This document shows positions 14,889-29,925 of a stretch of DNA of 64,000 nucleotides, in pieces. The stretch lies in assembly GCA_964016885.1 (NCBI GenBank), contig OZ024765.1, forward strand, positions 1,488,001 through 1,552,000, given 5' to 3'. The position numbers were made by a program, and so were the translations under genes. A model generated the notes under the pieces. It ran no database searches. It was not told where the DNA came from and worked only from the letters and a program-made list of their open reading frames with translations. How positions within the stretch are numbered: position 1 is the first letter of the stretch; each line of letters begins with the position of its first letter. The stretch comes from Eledone cirrhosa (Eukaryota).

Positions 14889-15070
14889 CAAGCGAAAATA
14901 TTAATGAAAGAGTAGCAAGCCGATAGAACACATTTATACAAAGCTCTTACAAAGATTTATTTATACAAAGATTTATACAAAGATACCTCAACAGTCCAAG
15001 TTTTACTTGGATAGTTGAACCATTAAGGTATCTTTTCTTGGTTATGTCAAAATTTATAAAACACACTTTG

Positions 15071-15131
15071 TATTTTATCTGATGAGAGCGTACCAAAGTT
15101 TTGGTACCCTTGAAATATATATAATAGAATA
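15071..15131 (+). ncRNA. Type I hammerhead ribozyme motif (family B)
   Basis: TATTTTAT-CTGATGA-[GAGCGTACCAA..TTGGTACCCTT]-GAAA-TATATA-TA-ATAGAATA: helix I, helix II, palindromic mini helix III and NUH site all present. Confidence 0.78.
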
Positions 15132-15281
15132 AATATGGTTTTATAAATATAGTTTCCATTTATTTAATATCATTGATATTATACTCCAGAAAACTTGTAG
15201 AGTGCTCTGAATCAGTCATAAACATTTATATTTGTTGAATTTCCAACAAATTGAATATCCCTTTTGCTTATATATATATAT

Positions 15282-15636
15282 GGAGGCACATGGCTTAGTG
15301 GTTAGAGCATTGGCCTTGCAATCGAAAGGTTGCGAGTTCAATTCTCAGACCGGCTCATGTGTTGTTTCCTTGGGCAAGACACTTTATTTCACATTGCTCC
15401 AGTTTACTCAGCTGTAGAAATGAGATGAGATGATAGGGACAGGGCTCCCTATCATTCCACTGCAAAGTGGTCGTGGAGGTGCCACGGCAAAAAAGCACCC
15501 AGCACTCACTGTAAATGAGGTTGGTGTTAGGAAGGGCATCCAGCTGTAGAAATCAAGCCAGAATCAGTTCCCGTCCCACCCTTGCAAGCAGGGAAAAAGC
15601 GGACGTAAAATGAAATGATGAAAATGATGATGATGA
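15282..15636 (+). mobile_element. SINE S1 copy
   Basis: High identity to 3652-3983. Confidence 0.85.
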
Positions 15637-15983
15637 TAACAAAGTAAATGTGGTAAGGAACCAGGTGGACCATAACGCACCAAAGTACTCAATACTTAGG
15701 GTGTAGAGTGGGTAATAGGAACGAGTAGGACCCCGACGGCTGAGCTCAAGCCGTTTCGACGGCTAATTCTACATATATATATATATATATAAAATGTATG
15801 GCTAAAACAGCACACCGTTCTGTGACCAGCGGCGCCCGACACACTGGTCGGTGAAGGTGATCAAGGTGATATAATGTGGATAATAATAAATATTACCCAA
15901 TTGCAATTATGAAAATAGCTCAATGCAAAATAACAAATATACTACAGAACTCATATACAATGTAAATGACAATCAAAGAGTGT

Positions 15984-17116
15984 TTAAACTTTTAGCGTTG
16001 AAACCAGCCATATCCAACCAGATTTCTCTCACCTTTTCTGTTTAAACCATCAGTAACTCGCCAATCATACTGATGTTAAGGTATTGTTCTCAAAATAAAT
16101 AATATCAAATGCTCATAGATTCGATATTATGTGAGGTAAAGCCTTTACTGTGAAAATACAATAGTATATATAGAGTAATGTAAATGTTATGCGAGGTATT
16201 ATGTGAGGTAAGCCTTTAATGTGAAAATACAATAGTATATATAGAGTAATGTAAATGTTATATGAGGTACTATGTGAGGTAATGACTTTACTGTGAAAAT
16301 ACAATAGTATATATAGAGTAATGTAAATGTTATGGGAAATATTATGTGAGGTAAAGACTTTACTGTGAAAATACAATAGTATATATAGAGTAATGTAAAT
16401 GTTATGTGAGATATTATGTGAGGTAAAGCCTTTACTGTGAAAATACAATAGTATATATAGAGTAATGTAAATGTTATGGAGATATTATGTGAGGTAAAGC
16501 CTTTACTGTGAAAATACAATAGTATATATAGAGTAATGTAAATGTTATGTGAGGTACTATGTGAGGTAAAGCCTTTACTGTGAAAATACAATAGTATATA
16601 TAGAGTAATGTAAATGTTGTGAGATATTATGTGAGGTAAAGACTTTACTGTGAAAATACAATAGTATATATAGAGTAATGTAAATGTTATGTGAGATATT
16701 ATGTGAGGTAAAGACTTTACCATGAAAATACAATAGTATATATAGAGTAATGTAAATGTTATGTGAGATATTATGTGAGGTAAAGACTTTATTGTGAAAA
16801 TACAATAGTATATATAGAGTAATGTAAATGTTATGTGAGATATTATGTGAGGTAAAGACTTTACTGTGAAAATACAATAGTATATATAGAGTAATGTAAA
16901 TGTTATGTGAGGTATTATGTGAGGTAAAGCCTTTACTGTGAAAATACAATAGTATACATAGAGTAATGTAAATGCTATGAGGTAAAGCCTTTACTGTGAA
17001 AATACAATAGTATATATAGAGTAATGTAAATGTTATGGGAGATATTATGTGAGGTAAAGCCTTTACTGTGAAAATACAATAGTATATATAGAGTAATGTA
17101 AATGCTAAAGGGTTAA
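15984..17116. mobile_element. piggyBac-like non-autonomous element with internal 72-bp tandem array (~13 units)
   Basis: TTAA-(A)CTTTTAGCGTT ... AATGCTAAAGGG-TTAA termini. Confidence 0.65.
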
Positions 17117-17313
17117 ACCTTGAGAGGAGATGGGCTCTGCCTGGTTTTAAAATGCCTAAGATATGCTGTATTGCACTGCTAGAGTTCCACCAGGGGTTAT
17201 ATATATATATACACATAACTGTATGTGTATAGATGTATATATATATATCTGTATGTGTGTATGCATGTGTATATATGGGTATATATATGTGATTGTGTAT
17301 GTGTGTGTATAGA

Positions 17314-17345
<32 letters not shown>

Positions 17346-17489
17346 AGTATATATATGTGTGTACATATAGCTGTGTATATACAGTGTGTTTATATAGCTG
17401 TATATATGTGTGCATACATGCATATATACATGTGTATATATACATACTTACATAAACATATTTATATATATACATGTTTATATATACAC

Positions 17490-17523
<34 letters not shown>

Positions 17524-17895
17524 GTGTATATATATATATATATATACATGTTTATATATATACATATATATGTATATATATATATATATAAACATGTATA
17601 TATAAACATGTATATATATAAACATGTATATATACCTGTATATATATATATATACATGATATATATCATGTATATATATATATACATGATATATATCATG
17701 TATATATATATAAACATGTATATATATATATATAAACATGTATATATATATATAAACATGTATATATACATATATAAACATGTATATATATATACATATA
17801 TATGCATATATATACATGTATATATATATACATGATATATATATATATATCATGTATATATATATACATGATATATATATATATATATATATATC

Positions 17896-17934
<39 letters not shown>

Positions 17935-18070
17935 TACACATGTTTATATATATACATATATATATATACACATGTTTATATATATACATATATACACATG
18001 TTTATATATATACATGTATATATATATATACATGTATATATATATATACATGATATATATATATATCATG

Positions 18071-18102
<32 letters not shown>

Positions 18103-18409
18103 CGTGAGTTTACATGTGTATATAAACAGCAGAATGAGACCCCATAATGGGAGTGAAAATGTTCACCCAGCTCCCTAAAATGAGTTGCTATAGCAATAGG
18201 GTTCCTGTGAAAATCTACTATAAACATGTAGGAGAGGGGGTGTGGGTGGGGGGTAACTGAAGACAATGAGGGGGGTGTGTCTGTATTGTGGGGGGGAGGG
18301 GTGTCTGTATAGTGGGGGAGGGGGGTGTCTGTATAGTGGGGGAGGGGGTGTCTATAGTGGGGGAGGAGGTGAGAAAAAGACATACAATGATGGTGTGTTT
18401 GGGTCTGGA

Positions 18410-18456
<47 letters not shown>

Positions 18457-18992
18457 ATGTTTATATATATATATGTGTGTGTATTTGTGTCTGAGTATGT
18501 ATGTAAATATATATATATACATGTGAGTGTGTATATATATATGTGGGTATGGGTATGTTTGTATGTGTGGGTATGTTTGTATGTATGTGTGTGTGTATAT
18601 ATATATATATATTTGTGTGTGTGAATGTGTGTGTGTGGATATGTTTGTATATGTATGTATGTATGTGTATATATGTGAGGGCACGTTTGTGTGTATATAT
18701 ATATAATGTGAGTGTAGAGAGAGAGAGATACACCATGTCCCCAAACAATGTATACACCCTTCAACACCATTCTAAACAAAGTGTATATACATTTTGTTTG
18801 GGACAGCCTGATATATATATGTCAGTGTGTATGTATATATACACACCGGTATGTATATGTGTGTGTATGTATATATATATATATATATATACACACACCG
18901 GTATATATGTGTGTCAGTGTGTATGTATATATAAATATATATATATATATATATACACATACATATATACACTCAGCGGTATGTATATGTGT

Positions 18993-19033
<41 letters not shown>

Positions 19034-19402
19034 CACACATATACATACCGGTGTGTGTATATATGTATGTATATGTATATATATATATATATATATATTT
19101 ATGTGGATATATACATCCACATACTTAAATACATATATGAGTGTATGAATGTATATATACACCGGGTATATATATGTGTGTATACTATCATATGATTCTA
19201 CCCGCTTCCACAAACATTCCAACACTTTGGCACTGCCCCCCCCCCCCCCCCCCCCACACACTTTCTCTTTACACTTAAAAAAATCCAAAAACAAACAAAA
19301 AAAAAACGGTAAATCATTGCTACCATGGCGACGGATATAAAAGACTTCGTTTTACAACCCCGCCTCCCCCCCCCCCCCACATAGAGACACCCACCCTGAC
19401 AC

Positions 19403-19433
<31 letters not shown>

Positions 19434-19522
19434 GTATATAAAATAGTATATGTATATATACTATATATATATATAGAATATATATATATAAATATAGTAT
19501 ATATACCTAGTATATATATGTA

Positions 19523-19559
<37 letters not shown>

Positions 19560-19560
19560 T

Positions 19561-19636
19561 ATATATTTTATCTGATGAGAACACAATTTTTGTCCCACGA
19601 TGATTTTGTATTCGAAATGCGCATAATAAAATATAT
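19561..19636 (+). ncRNA. Type I hammerhead ribozyme motif
   Basis: ATATATTTTAT-CTGATGA-[GAACACAA..TTGTATTC]-GAAA-TGCGCA-TA-ATAAAATATAT: 11-bp helix I and palindromic helix III. Confidence 0.78.
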
Positions 19637-19679
19637 GGAACTCTTTTAACCATCTTTTAATTTCTTCTTTATATATATA

Positions 19680-19999
19680 GAGGCACATGGCTTAGTGGTT
19701 AGAGCATTGGCCTTGCAATCGAAAAGTTGTGAGTTCAATTCTCAGACCGGGTGATGCGTTGTTTCCTTGAGCAAGACACTTTATTTCACATTGCTCCAGT
19801 TTACTCAGCTGTAGAAATGAGATGATAGGGACTGGGTTCCCTATCATTCCACTGTAAAGTGGTCGTGGAGGTGCCACGGCAAAAAAGCACCCAGCACTCA
19901 CTGTAAATGGGGTTGGTGTTAGGAAGGGCATCCAGCTGTAGAATCAGTTCCCATCCCACCCTTGCAAGCAGGGAAAAGCAGACGTAAAATGATGATGAA
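19680..19999 (+). mobile_element. SINE S1 copy
   Basis: High identity to 3652-3983. Confidence 0.85.
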
Positions 20000-20079
20000 C
20001 TGATATATATATATATAAGAACAAGTATGACCCCAACGGCAGAGCTCATGCTGTTTTAACGGCTATTTCTGGACTAATA

Positions 20080-20311
20080 TATATATATATATAGTATTTA
20101 TAATGTATTATATATATATATATATATAAAATGTATATATATATATATATAAAATGTATATATATATATATATATATAGTATTTATAATGTATTATATAT
20201 ATATATATATATAATGTATATATATATATATATATATAGTATTTATAATGTATTATATATATATATATATATATAATGTATATATATATATATATATATA
20301 TAGTATTTATA

Positions 20312-20356
<45 letters not shown>

Positions 20357-20438
20357 GTATATATATATATATATATATATATAGTATATATATATATATA
20401 TATATATATAGTATATATATATATATATATATATATAG

Positions 20439-20498
<60 letters not shown>

Positions 20499-20523
20499 TA
20501 TATATATATATATATATATATAG

Positions 20524-20583
<60 letters not shown>

Positions 20584-21033
20584 TATATATATATATATAT
20601 ATATATAGTATATATATATATATATATATATAGTATATATATATATATATATATATATAGTATATATATATATATATATATAGTATATATATATATAGTA
20701 TATATATATATATATATATATATAGTATTTATAATGTATATATATATATATAGTATATATATATATATAGTATTTATAATGTATATATATATATATATAT
20801 ATAGTATTTATAATATATATATATATATATATATAGTATTTATAATATATATATATATATATATATATAGTATTTATAATATATATATATATATATATAT
20901 ATAGTATTTATAATATATATATATATATATATATAGTATTTATAATATATATATATATATATATATAGTATTTATAATATATATATATATATATATATAG
21001 TATTTATAATATATATATATATATATATAGTAT

Positions 21034-21065
<32 letters not shown>

Positions 21066-21069
21066 GTAT

Positions 21070-21108
<39 letters not shown>

Positions 21109-21109
21109 T

Positions 21110-21146
<37 letters not shown>

Positions 21147-21265
21147 TTTATAATATATATATATATATATATAGTATTTATAATATATATATATATATAT
21201 ATAGTATTTATAATATATATATATATATATAGTATTTATAATATATATATATATATATATAGTAT

Positions 21266-21297
<32 letters not shown>

Positions 21298-21301
21298 GTA
21301 T

Positions 21302-21338
<37 letters not shown>

Positions 21339-21339
21339 T

Positions 21340-21376
<37 letters not shown>

Positions 21377-21407
21377 TTTATAATATATATATATATATAT
21401 ATAGTAT

Positions 21408-21446
<39 letters not shown>

Positions 21447-21447
21447 T

Positions 21448-21484
<37 letters not shown>

Positions 21485-21592
21485 TTTATAATGTATATAT
21501 ATATATATATATATATAGTATTTATAATGTATATATATATATATATATATAGTATTTATAATGTATATATATATATATATATAGTATTTATA

Positions 21593-21628
<36 letters not shown>

Positions 21629-21718
21629 TTTATAATGTATATATATATATAGTATTTATAATGTATATATATATATATATAGTATTTATAATGTATATAT
21701 ATATATATAGTATTTATA

Positions 21719-21774
<56 letters not shown>

Positions 21775-21855
21775 TATATAATGTATATATATATATATAT
21801 ATATAGTATATATAATGTATATATATATATATAGTATATATAATGTATATATAGT
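20080..21855. repeat. Compound (TA)n satellite punctuated by AGT / AGTATTTATAAT(G)
   Basis: Direct reading. Confidence 0.95.
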
Positions 21856-22064
21856 ATACCTATGAGCAAGACATGATCACCTGACATTGACCACAACAGG
21901 ACAACTCGTGTAACCCATGCTAGAGTGGAAAAATGGACGTAAAACAGTGATGATATATTCTTTTACCAGTTTCAGCCATTAGACTGTGGTCATGCTGGGG
22001 CACTATTACTATATTCTTCCAAATTCTGGATCATTTTCAAAATGATATACAGTGTCTTTCATTA

Positions 22065-23558
22065 AGAACCTTTGTTATGTTATGTTCCAAACACCAGGTT
22101 AATAAGACAGTCTTACATTAGAAATATGGCAACGAAAGGGTTAAAGTGTTTATATTTATCTAAAAATCATAATTTTATGTCAGAACCTTTGTTATGTTAT
22201 GTTCCAAACACCAGGTTAATAAGACAGTCTTACATTAGAAATATGGCAACGAAAGGGTTAAAGTGTTTATATTTATCTAAAAATCATAATTTTATGTCAG
22301 AACCTTTGTTATGTTATGTTCCAAACACCAGGTTAATAAGACAGTCTTACATTAGAAATATGGCAACGAAAGGGTTAAAGTGTTTATATTTATCTAAAAA
22401 TCATAATTTTATGTCAGAACCTTTGTTATGTTATGTTCCAGACACCAGGTTAATAAGACAGTGTCTTACATTAGAAATATGGCAACGAAAGGGTTAAAGT
22501 GTTTATATTTATCTAAAAATCATAATTTTATGTCAGAACCTTTGTTATGTTATGTTCCAAACACCAGGTTAATAAGACAGTGTCTTACATTAGAAATATG
22601 GCAACGAAAGGGTTAAAGTGTTTATATTTATCTAAAAATCATAATTTTATGTCAGAACCTTTGTTATGTTATGTTCCAAACAGCAGGTTAATAAGACAGT
22701 CTTACATTAGAAATATGGTAACGAAAGGGTTAAAGTGTTTATATTTATCTAAAAATCATAATTTTATGTCAGAACCTTTGTTATGTTATGTTCCAAACAC
22801 CAGGTTAATAAGACAGTGTCTTACATTAGAAATATGGCAACGAAAGGGTTAAAGTGTTTATATTTATCTAAAAATCATAATTTTATGTAAGAACCTTTGT
22901 TATGTTATGTTCCAAACACCAGGTTAATAAGACAGTCTTACATTAGAAATATGGCAACGAAAGGGTTAAAGTGTTTATATTTATCTAAAAATCATAATTT
23001 TATGTCAGAACCTTTGTTATGTTATGTTCCAAACACCAGGTTAATAAGACAGTCTTACATTAGAAATATGGTAACGAAAGGGTTAAAGTGTTTATATTTA
23101 TCTAAAAATCATAATTTTATGTAAGAACCTTTGTTATGTTATGTTCCAAACACCAGGTTAATAAGACAGTCTTACATTAGAAATATGGCAACGAAAGGGT
23201 TAAAGTGTTTATATTTATCTAAAAAATCATAATTTTATGTAAGAACCTTTGTTATGTTATGTTCCAAACACCAGGTTAATAAGACAGTCTTACATTAGAA
23301 ATATGGCAACGAAAGGGTTAAAGTGTTTATATTTATCTAAAAAATCATAATTTTATGTAAGAACCTTTGTTATGTTATGTTCCAAACACCAGGTTAATAA
23401 GACAGTCTTACATTAGAAATATGGCAACGAAAGGGTTAAAGTGTTTATATTTATCTAAAAATCATAATTTTATGTCAGAACCTTTGTTATGTTATGTTCC
23501 AAACACCAGGTTAATAAGACAGTGTCTTACATTTGAAATATGGCAACGAAAGGGTTAA
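22065..23558. repeat. 117-119-bp tandem array (~12.5 units)
   Basis: Each unit contains GAAATATGGCAACGAAAGGGTTAA. Confidence 0.95.
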
Positions 23559-24257
23559 ATGTGTGCCAGTCAATTGTAACAATATCTTCTACAAACCTCC
23601 ATCTATAAATCTCACATTTGTTCTGATTCTTTATGTTTTGGGATCAAATCCCACCGAGGTCAGCTATGCCTTTCATCTTTTGGGGGGGGGGGGTGATAAA
23701 ATAAAGTATCTAGCGTTGGTGATGTACTGGATAGATACACCCAGTACACTCTGTAAAGTGGGAGTGTTGGTGATGTTAGATACACCCAGTACACTCTGTA
23801 AAATAGTTGGTGATGTAGATGTTAGATACACCCAGTACACTCTGTAAAGTGGTTGGTGTTTGGAATGGTATGACACCCTCCCCGTGTTGGTATGACACTA
23901 TCCCCAGTGTTGGTGGTAGTAATGGTGTGACACCCTCACTAGTATTGGTGATAGGAATGGTATGACATTCTCTAGCTTTGGTGGTCTACAGTATGGTATG
24001 ACACCCTCCCAGTATTGGTGATTATATGGTATGACACTCTCCCTAGTATTGGTGGTCTATAGTAAGGTATCACTTCCCCTAATATTGGTGGTCTACAGTA
24101 AGGTATGGCACTCTCCCCAGTATTGGTGGTCTACAGTAAGGTATGACTCTCCCCAGTATTGGTGATATACAGGATAGCTACACCCAGTACACTCTGTAAC
24201 TAGAATGAAAATGTGAAATCTCTTCGATAATATGGTTAATTTAATTCTATCGAGAAT

Positions 24258-24557
24258 TGGGCTTGCAATCGAAAGGTTGTGAGTTCAATTCTCAGACTGG
24301 GTGATGTGTTGTTTCCTTGAGCAAGACACTTTATTTCACATTGCTCCAGTTTACTCAGCTGTAGAAATGAGATAAGGACTGGGGACCCTATCATTCCACT
24401 GCAAAGTGGACGTGCAGGTGCCATGGCAAAAAAGCACCCAGCACTCACTGTAAATGAGGTTGGTGTTAGGAAGGGCATCCAGCTGTAGAAATCAAGCCAG
24501 AATCAGTTCCCCTCCCGCCCTTGCAAGCAGGGATATGCGGACATAAAGTGATGATGA
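24258..24557 (+). mobile_element. SINE S1 copy (5' truncated)
   Basis: High identity to 3652-3983. Confidence 0.8.
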
Positions 24558-26430
24558 AGACCCTCATCTAAATTTGGAATGTTAATGTGGCCCCCTTTCA
24601 TGCCAAAAGATTGGGGACCTCTGATCTAGGGGTTACTATCACTGTATAACAGTGGAGGATGTTAGGCCATGTGCTACCTCTGTCGAGGAGCAAACCAGTG
24701 AGGATCTCCCTTGAATGCAGCAGCAGAGGGGTTAGCAAGTAAGACAAAACCTGGTTGATGTCTGTGGAAGAAGACCTGGCAGAGAAGGGTCAACATTAGG
24801 AGCAGGTCCAGTGGAGAATGTTAGGCAATGTGTTACCTTTATCCAGGAAGAGACCAGTAAGGGCCTCCTTGGAATGGAAGACAGCAGAAGGGCAGCAGGG
24901 GTGGTTAAGACAAAACCTGTTTGATGTCTGTAGATGACCTGGCAGATCGGGACCTAGATTATGAGCAGGGCCAGTAGAGGATATTAGGCCATGTGCTACC
25001 TTTGTCCAACGAGGAAACCAGTGAGGGCCTCCTTGGATGGAAGACAGCAGCAGCTGCAAGGTGATTAAGAAGGAAGACAGACATGGTTGAGAGTTGTGGG
25101 GGAAAACCTGGCATATATAGGCCAGGTTTAGAAGAGGTCCAGTGAGAAGAGGGCTTGTGACATTGGGTATATTAAGAGATGCTGGTGGTGGTGGTGGTAG
25201 AGTTAGTGGTGGTGTTAGTGTGGTGGTAGTGGTGGTGTGGTGGTAGTGGTATTGGTAGTGGTGTGGTGGTGGTAGTGGTGGTGTGGTGGTGTGGTGGTAG
25301 TGGTGGTGGTGTAGTGGTAGTGGTGTGGTAGTGGTGGTGTGGTATTGGTGGTGGTGTGGTGGTAGTGGTGGTGGTGGTGGTGTGGTGGTAGTTGTGGTGG
25401 TGTGGTGGTGGTGGTGGTGGTGGTAGTGGTGTGGTGGTGGTGTGGTGGTAGTGGTGGTGGTGTGGTAGTGGTGGTGGTGTGGTAGTGGTGGTGGTAGAGT
25501 TAGTGGTGGTGTTAGTGTGGTATTGGTGGTGGTCTGGTGGTAGTTGTGGTATGGTGGTAGTGGTGGTGGTGTGGTGGTAGTGGTGGTGGTGTGGTGGTAG
25601 TGGTGGTGGTGTGGTGGTGGTAGTGTTGATGGTGTGGTGTCCATGATGGTGGTGTTGGTGGTACAGTGTCATGGCTTATGACTGAAGTGTATAGATCTCT
25701 CATTACATATTGTTCCTTGTACCTAACCCCCAGCCCCTCTGCTACACCAACACCACCACCACCACCACCACCACAACCACCACCACCACCATCACACCAC
25801 CACCACACCACCACCACCACACCACACCACACCACCACCACCATCACCACCACACCACACCACCACCACCACCATCACCACCACACCACAATCACCACCA
25901 CCACACCGCCACCACACCACCACCACCACCACACCACACCGCCACCACACCACCACCACCACCACACCGCCACCACACCACCACCACCACCACACCACAC
26001 CGCCACCACACCACCACAACCACCACACCACACCACACAACCACACCCCCACCACACCACACCACCACCACACCACACCACCACACACCACCACACCACC
26101 ACCACACCACCACACCACCACACCACCACCCTATGCACTCTAAGGTAAAAAACACACACAGAAAAAGAAACAAAAAAGAACAAAAAGAAAAATGCGGAAG
26201 AGAGAAGTTGGGGGGGAGGGGGGTCACAGAGGAAGATGACTGAGGAATGTAGGCGTGGACAGTATGGTTGGCCTAATTCTTGTGTAGGGGGAGAATTCCT
26301 TGCAGTATTGTGTTTATCTGTGTTTAGTTAGTTACAGCCCTTAATAAACCTGATCCCTTTCCTGATAACTTTGTTTCTCATCTTTCCCAGGGTCGCTAAA
26401 ATAAACTAGCAGTCAAGTACTCGAGCTTGA

Positions 26431-27223
26431 TTAACCCTTTAGTATTTACATTACTTCATATATACTATTATATTTTCACAGTAAAGGCTTTACCTTACAT
26501 TTAACCCTTTAGCATTTACATTACTCTATATATACTATTGTATTTTCACAGTAAAGACTTTACCTCACATAATATCTCACATAACATTTACATTACTCTA
26601 TATATACTATTGTATTTTCACAGTAAAGGCTTTACCTCACATAATATCTCACATAACATTTACATTACTCTATATATACTATTGTATTGTCACAGTAAAG
26701 GCTTTACCTCACATAATACCTCACATAACATTTACATTACTCTATATATACTATTGTATTTTCACAATAAAGGCTTTACCTCACATAATATCTCACATAA
26801 CATTTACATTACTCTATATATACTATTGTATTTTCACAGTAAAGTCTTTACCTCACATAATATCTCATAACATTTACATTACTCTATATATACTATTGTA
26901 TTTTCACAGTAAAGGCTTTACCTCACATAATACCTCACATAACATTTACATTACTCTATATATACTATTGTATTTTCTCAGTAAAGGCTTTACCTCACAT
27001 AATATCTCGCATAACATTTACATTACTCTATATATACTATTGTATTTTCACAGTAAAGGCTTTACCTCACATAATATCTCAATATTGAATCTATGAGATT
27101 CTGATATTTATTTTGAGAACAATACCTTAACATCAGTATGAGTGTCCAGTTACAGCCAGTTTAAACAGAAAGATGTGAGAGAATTCTGGCCGGATATGGC
27201 CAGTTTAAATGCTAATGGGCTAA
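26431..27223. mobile_element. Second, inverted copy of the piggyBac-like element (~9 units of 72 bp; left end duplicated)
   Basis: TTAACCCTTTAG at 26431 and 26501; reverse complement of 15984-17116. Confidence 0.65.
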
Positions 27224-27294
27224 AATAATTATTATTTGTAATGTAGTCACCCCACATAGACTGGGTACCTTTTTATTGTAGCACAAAAATGACC

Positions 27295-27705
27295 ATTTAA
27301 CAGGGTGGACTGGGTGCTTTTTTTGTGTCACCAATATGACCACCTTACAGGGTGGACTGGGTGCTTTTTTTTGTGTCACCAATACGACCACCTTACAGGG
27401 TGGGCTGGGTGCTTTTTGCATGTCACCAGCACAACACCTTACAGGGTGGGCTGGGTGCTTTTTACATGTCACCAGCACAACACCTTACAGGGTGGGCTGG
27501 GTGCTTTTTTTGTGTCACCAGCACAACACCTTACAGGGTGGGCTGGGTGCTTTTTACATGTCACCAGCACAACACCTTACAGGGTGGGCTGGGTGCTTTT
27601 TTTGTGTCACCAGCACAACACCTTACAGGGTGGGCTGGGTGCTTTTTTTGTGTCACCAGCATAATAACCTTACAGGGTGGACTGGCTGCTTTTTGTTGTC
27701 ACCAA
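27295..27705. repeat. ~50-bp tandem repeat related to the SINE/RTE 3' UTR
   Basis: CACCTTACAGGGTGGGCTGGGTGCTTTTT..TGTCACCAGCACAA units. Confidence 0.85.
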
Positions 27706-28585
27706 CATAAAAAACTTCGAGGTCGATAAAAAAAAGTACCAGTCAAATACTGAGGTCGATTCTTCCTTTATATCTCTTTCACACTTCCTCTCTCCCACTT
27801 TGGAAGACATCTACTGTATTTAAACTGGAGAGGAGATAACTGTGGGGTGTAAGTGACAGAGTACTAGACTTCCCCCTGGGACAAGACGCCAATCTATCGC
27901 AGACCCAAACATTGCTAGAGCAACATGAAATGAAAGGTTTTGCTCAAGAACACAACACCACACCACACCACAGCTAACACCACACCACAGCCAACACCAC
28001 ACCACAGCCAACACCACACCACAGCCAACACCACACCACAGCCAACACCACACCACAGCCAACACCACACCACACCACACCACACCACACCAAACACCAC
28101 ACCACTGCTAACACCACACCACACCAAACACCACACCACACCACAACACCACACCCAACACCACACCACTGCTAACACCACACCACACCTAACACCACAC
28201 CACACCACACCACACACCACTGCCAACACCACACCATACCATTACAAAACTTCACAAAACTCAGGTAAACTATCCCAGGTGACGTAAAACCCCATCGATA
28301 AACCATCGCCTGCTCGGAATCGAACTCCCGACCAATCTGTCTAATTTATTATAACGACTGGTTTTTTAAGTAGGTTTTTAATTAGGGCAGTTAATTAAAA
28401 TATTAGCAGGCAAATAAATAAATATCTCACCTCCCTCTAACAAAAAATAAACATTTTTAGACATATCTTATTAAACGATAGCAGGTGTATGTATGTAAGT
28501 AACAGGAAGTGGAGAGTAGCGTGTGTGTTTATGTATATGGGTGTGTATGCCTGTATGCGTGAGTGTGTGGTTTTGGAGGGGTGTT

Positions 28586-28619
<34 letters not shown>

Positions 28620-29317
28620 CTTATGTACATGAGCGTGTGTATGTGTGAGTGTGTGTGTGTCTGTGGTTTTGGAGGGGTGTTTATGTGTATGTTTATGTAC
28701 ATGGGCGTGTGTATGTGTGAGTGTGTGTATGTGTACGATTGGGTGTGTGTGTTTATGTGTATGTATGTATGTGTATGAGTTAGTGAGTGTGTATATATGA
28801 GTATATGCGTGTGTGTATGTATATATGTGTATGTATGCGTATATATATATATGTGTGTAAGATTGTGTGAAAGGGTGTGTATGTGTGAGTGTTTTCATGT
28901 GTGTGTGTGGTTTTGTGTAAACTCTAAACAACGAATTAGATAAGGACATACAGCTATGTATAGCAAATATATTGGTTATATAATTCACACACACACACAC
29001 ACATATATATGCATGTATGTATACATATATTACATATATATGTGTGTCAATTATAAATGGATGTTAGCTTAAATTAAGCTGCTTCAACGCCGATTTCTTA
29101 TGAAAGACAGTTGGACGTAGTAAGACCAGCACCTCAGTGGGACTCAAACTCGTGTCTGTGTGCACACAGACACACACACACATACAAGCACGTGCTCGCA
29201 AAAGATACATAGATATATAGATATATATATACACACACACACACGTATATATATATATATATATATAGTTAAAATTTAGTGTCTTAGTGTGCGTGTGTGT
29301 ATATAAATATGGCCTCG

Positions 29318-29925
29318 GGTACAGTTTGAAGGAATACGATCGCGAATATAAGCGGCCGAAATGGGGTTCTTGCGAAAGGTCTTTGGAGTAACCTTCTGAT
29401 ACTATGGACATGTGGTTAGAATGTCTCAGGAAAGAATCACTGGGCAGATTTTTATGGGTAAAACCAACCGGCAAGAGACCCAAGGGTAGACCCCAAGCAA
29501 GATGGTTGTATAACATCCATGAGCTCAAGAATCCCCAGATAGATTTTACAGACAAAACCAACCGGCAAGAGACCGAGAGAAAGATAGTTGGATATCATGA
29601 GCTAGAGAATAGATAGATTTTAAGGGCAAAACCAACTGGCAGGTGACCCACGGGTAAACCTCGAGGAAGATGGGTGGATAACATCCATGAGCAACAATCC
29701 CTAGATAGATTTTACAGACAAAACCAACTGGCAGGTGACCCAGGGGTAGACAGACTGCGAGCAAGATGGTTGGATAATAACATCCACGAGCTTGTCTGAT
29801 CACGCTTGGGGATCCAGTCGGATCAGTTGAAGACGGTTCCTTCTAACAGGACCTGATGGAAGGAGTGTTTGAGGAGGACTCAGTCCTACCACGACCCTCT
29901 CAGGAATAAGTGGGCGAAGAAGATA
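29318..29925 (+). mobile_element. Decayed RTE-like LINE 3' fragment with internal duplications (related copy ~58070-58370 on minus strand)
   Basis: KPTGKRPKGRPQARW-type motif repeated about 4 times. Confidence 0.6.

Noticed and set aside
17200-21860. Numerous [10 protein letters not shown] ORFs
   Set aside because: Dinucleotide microsatellite translations.
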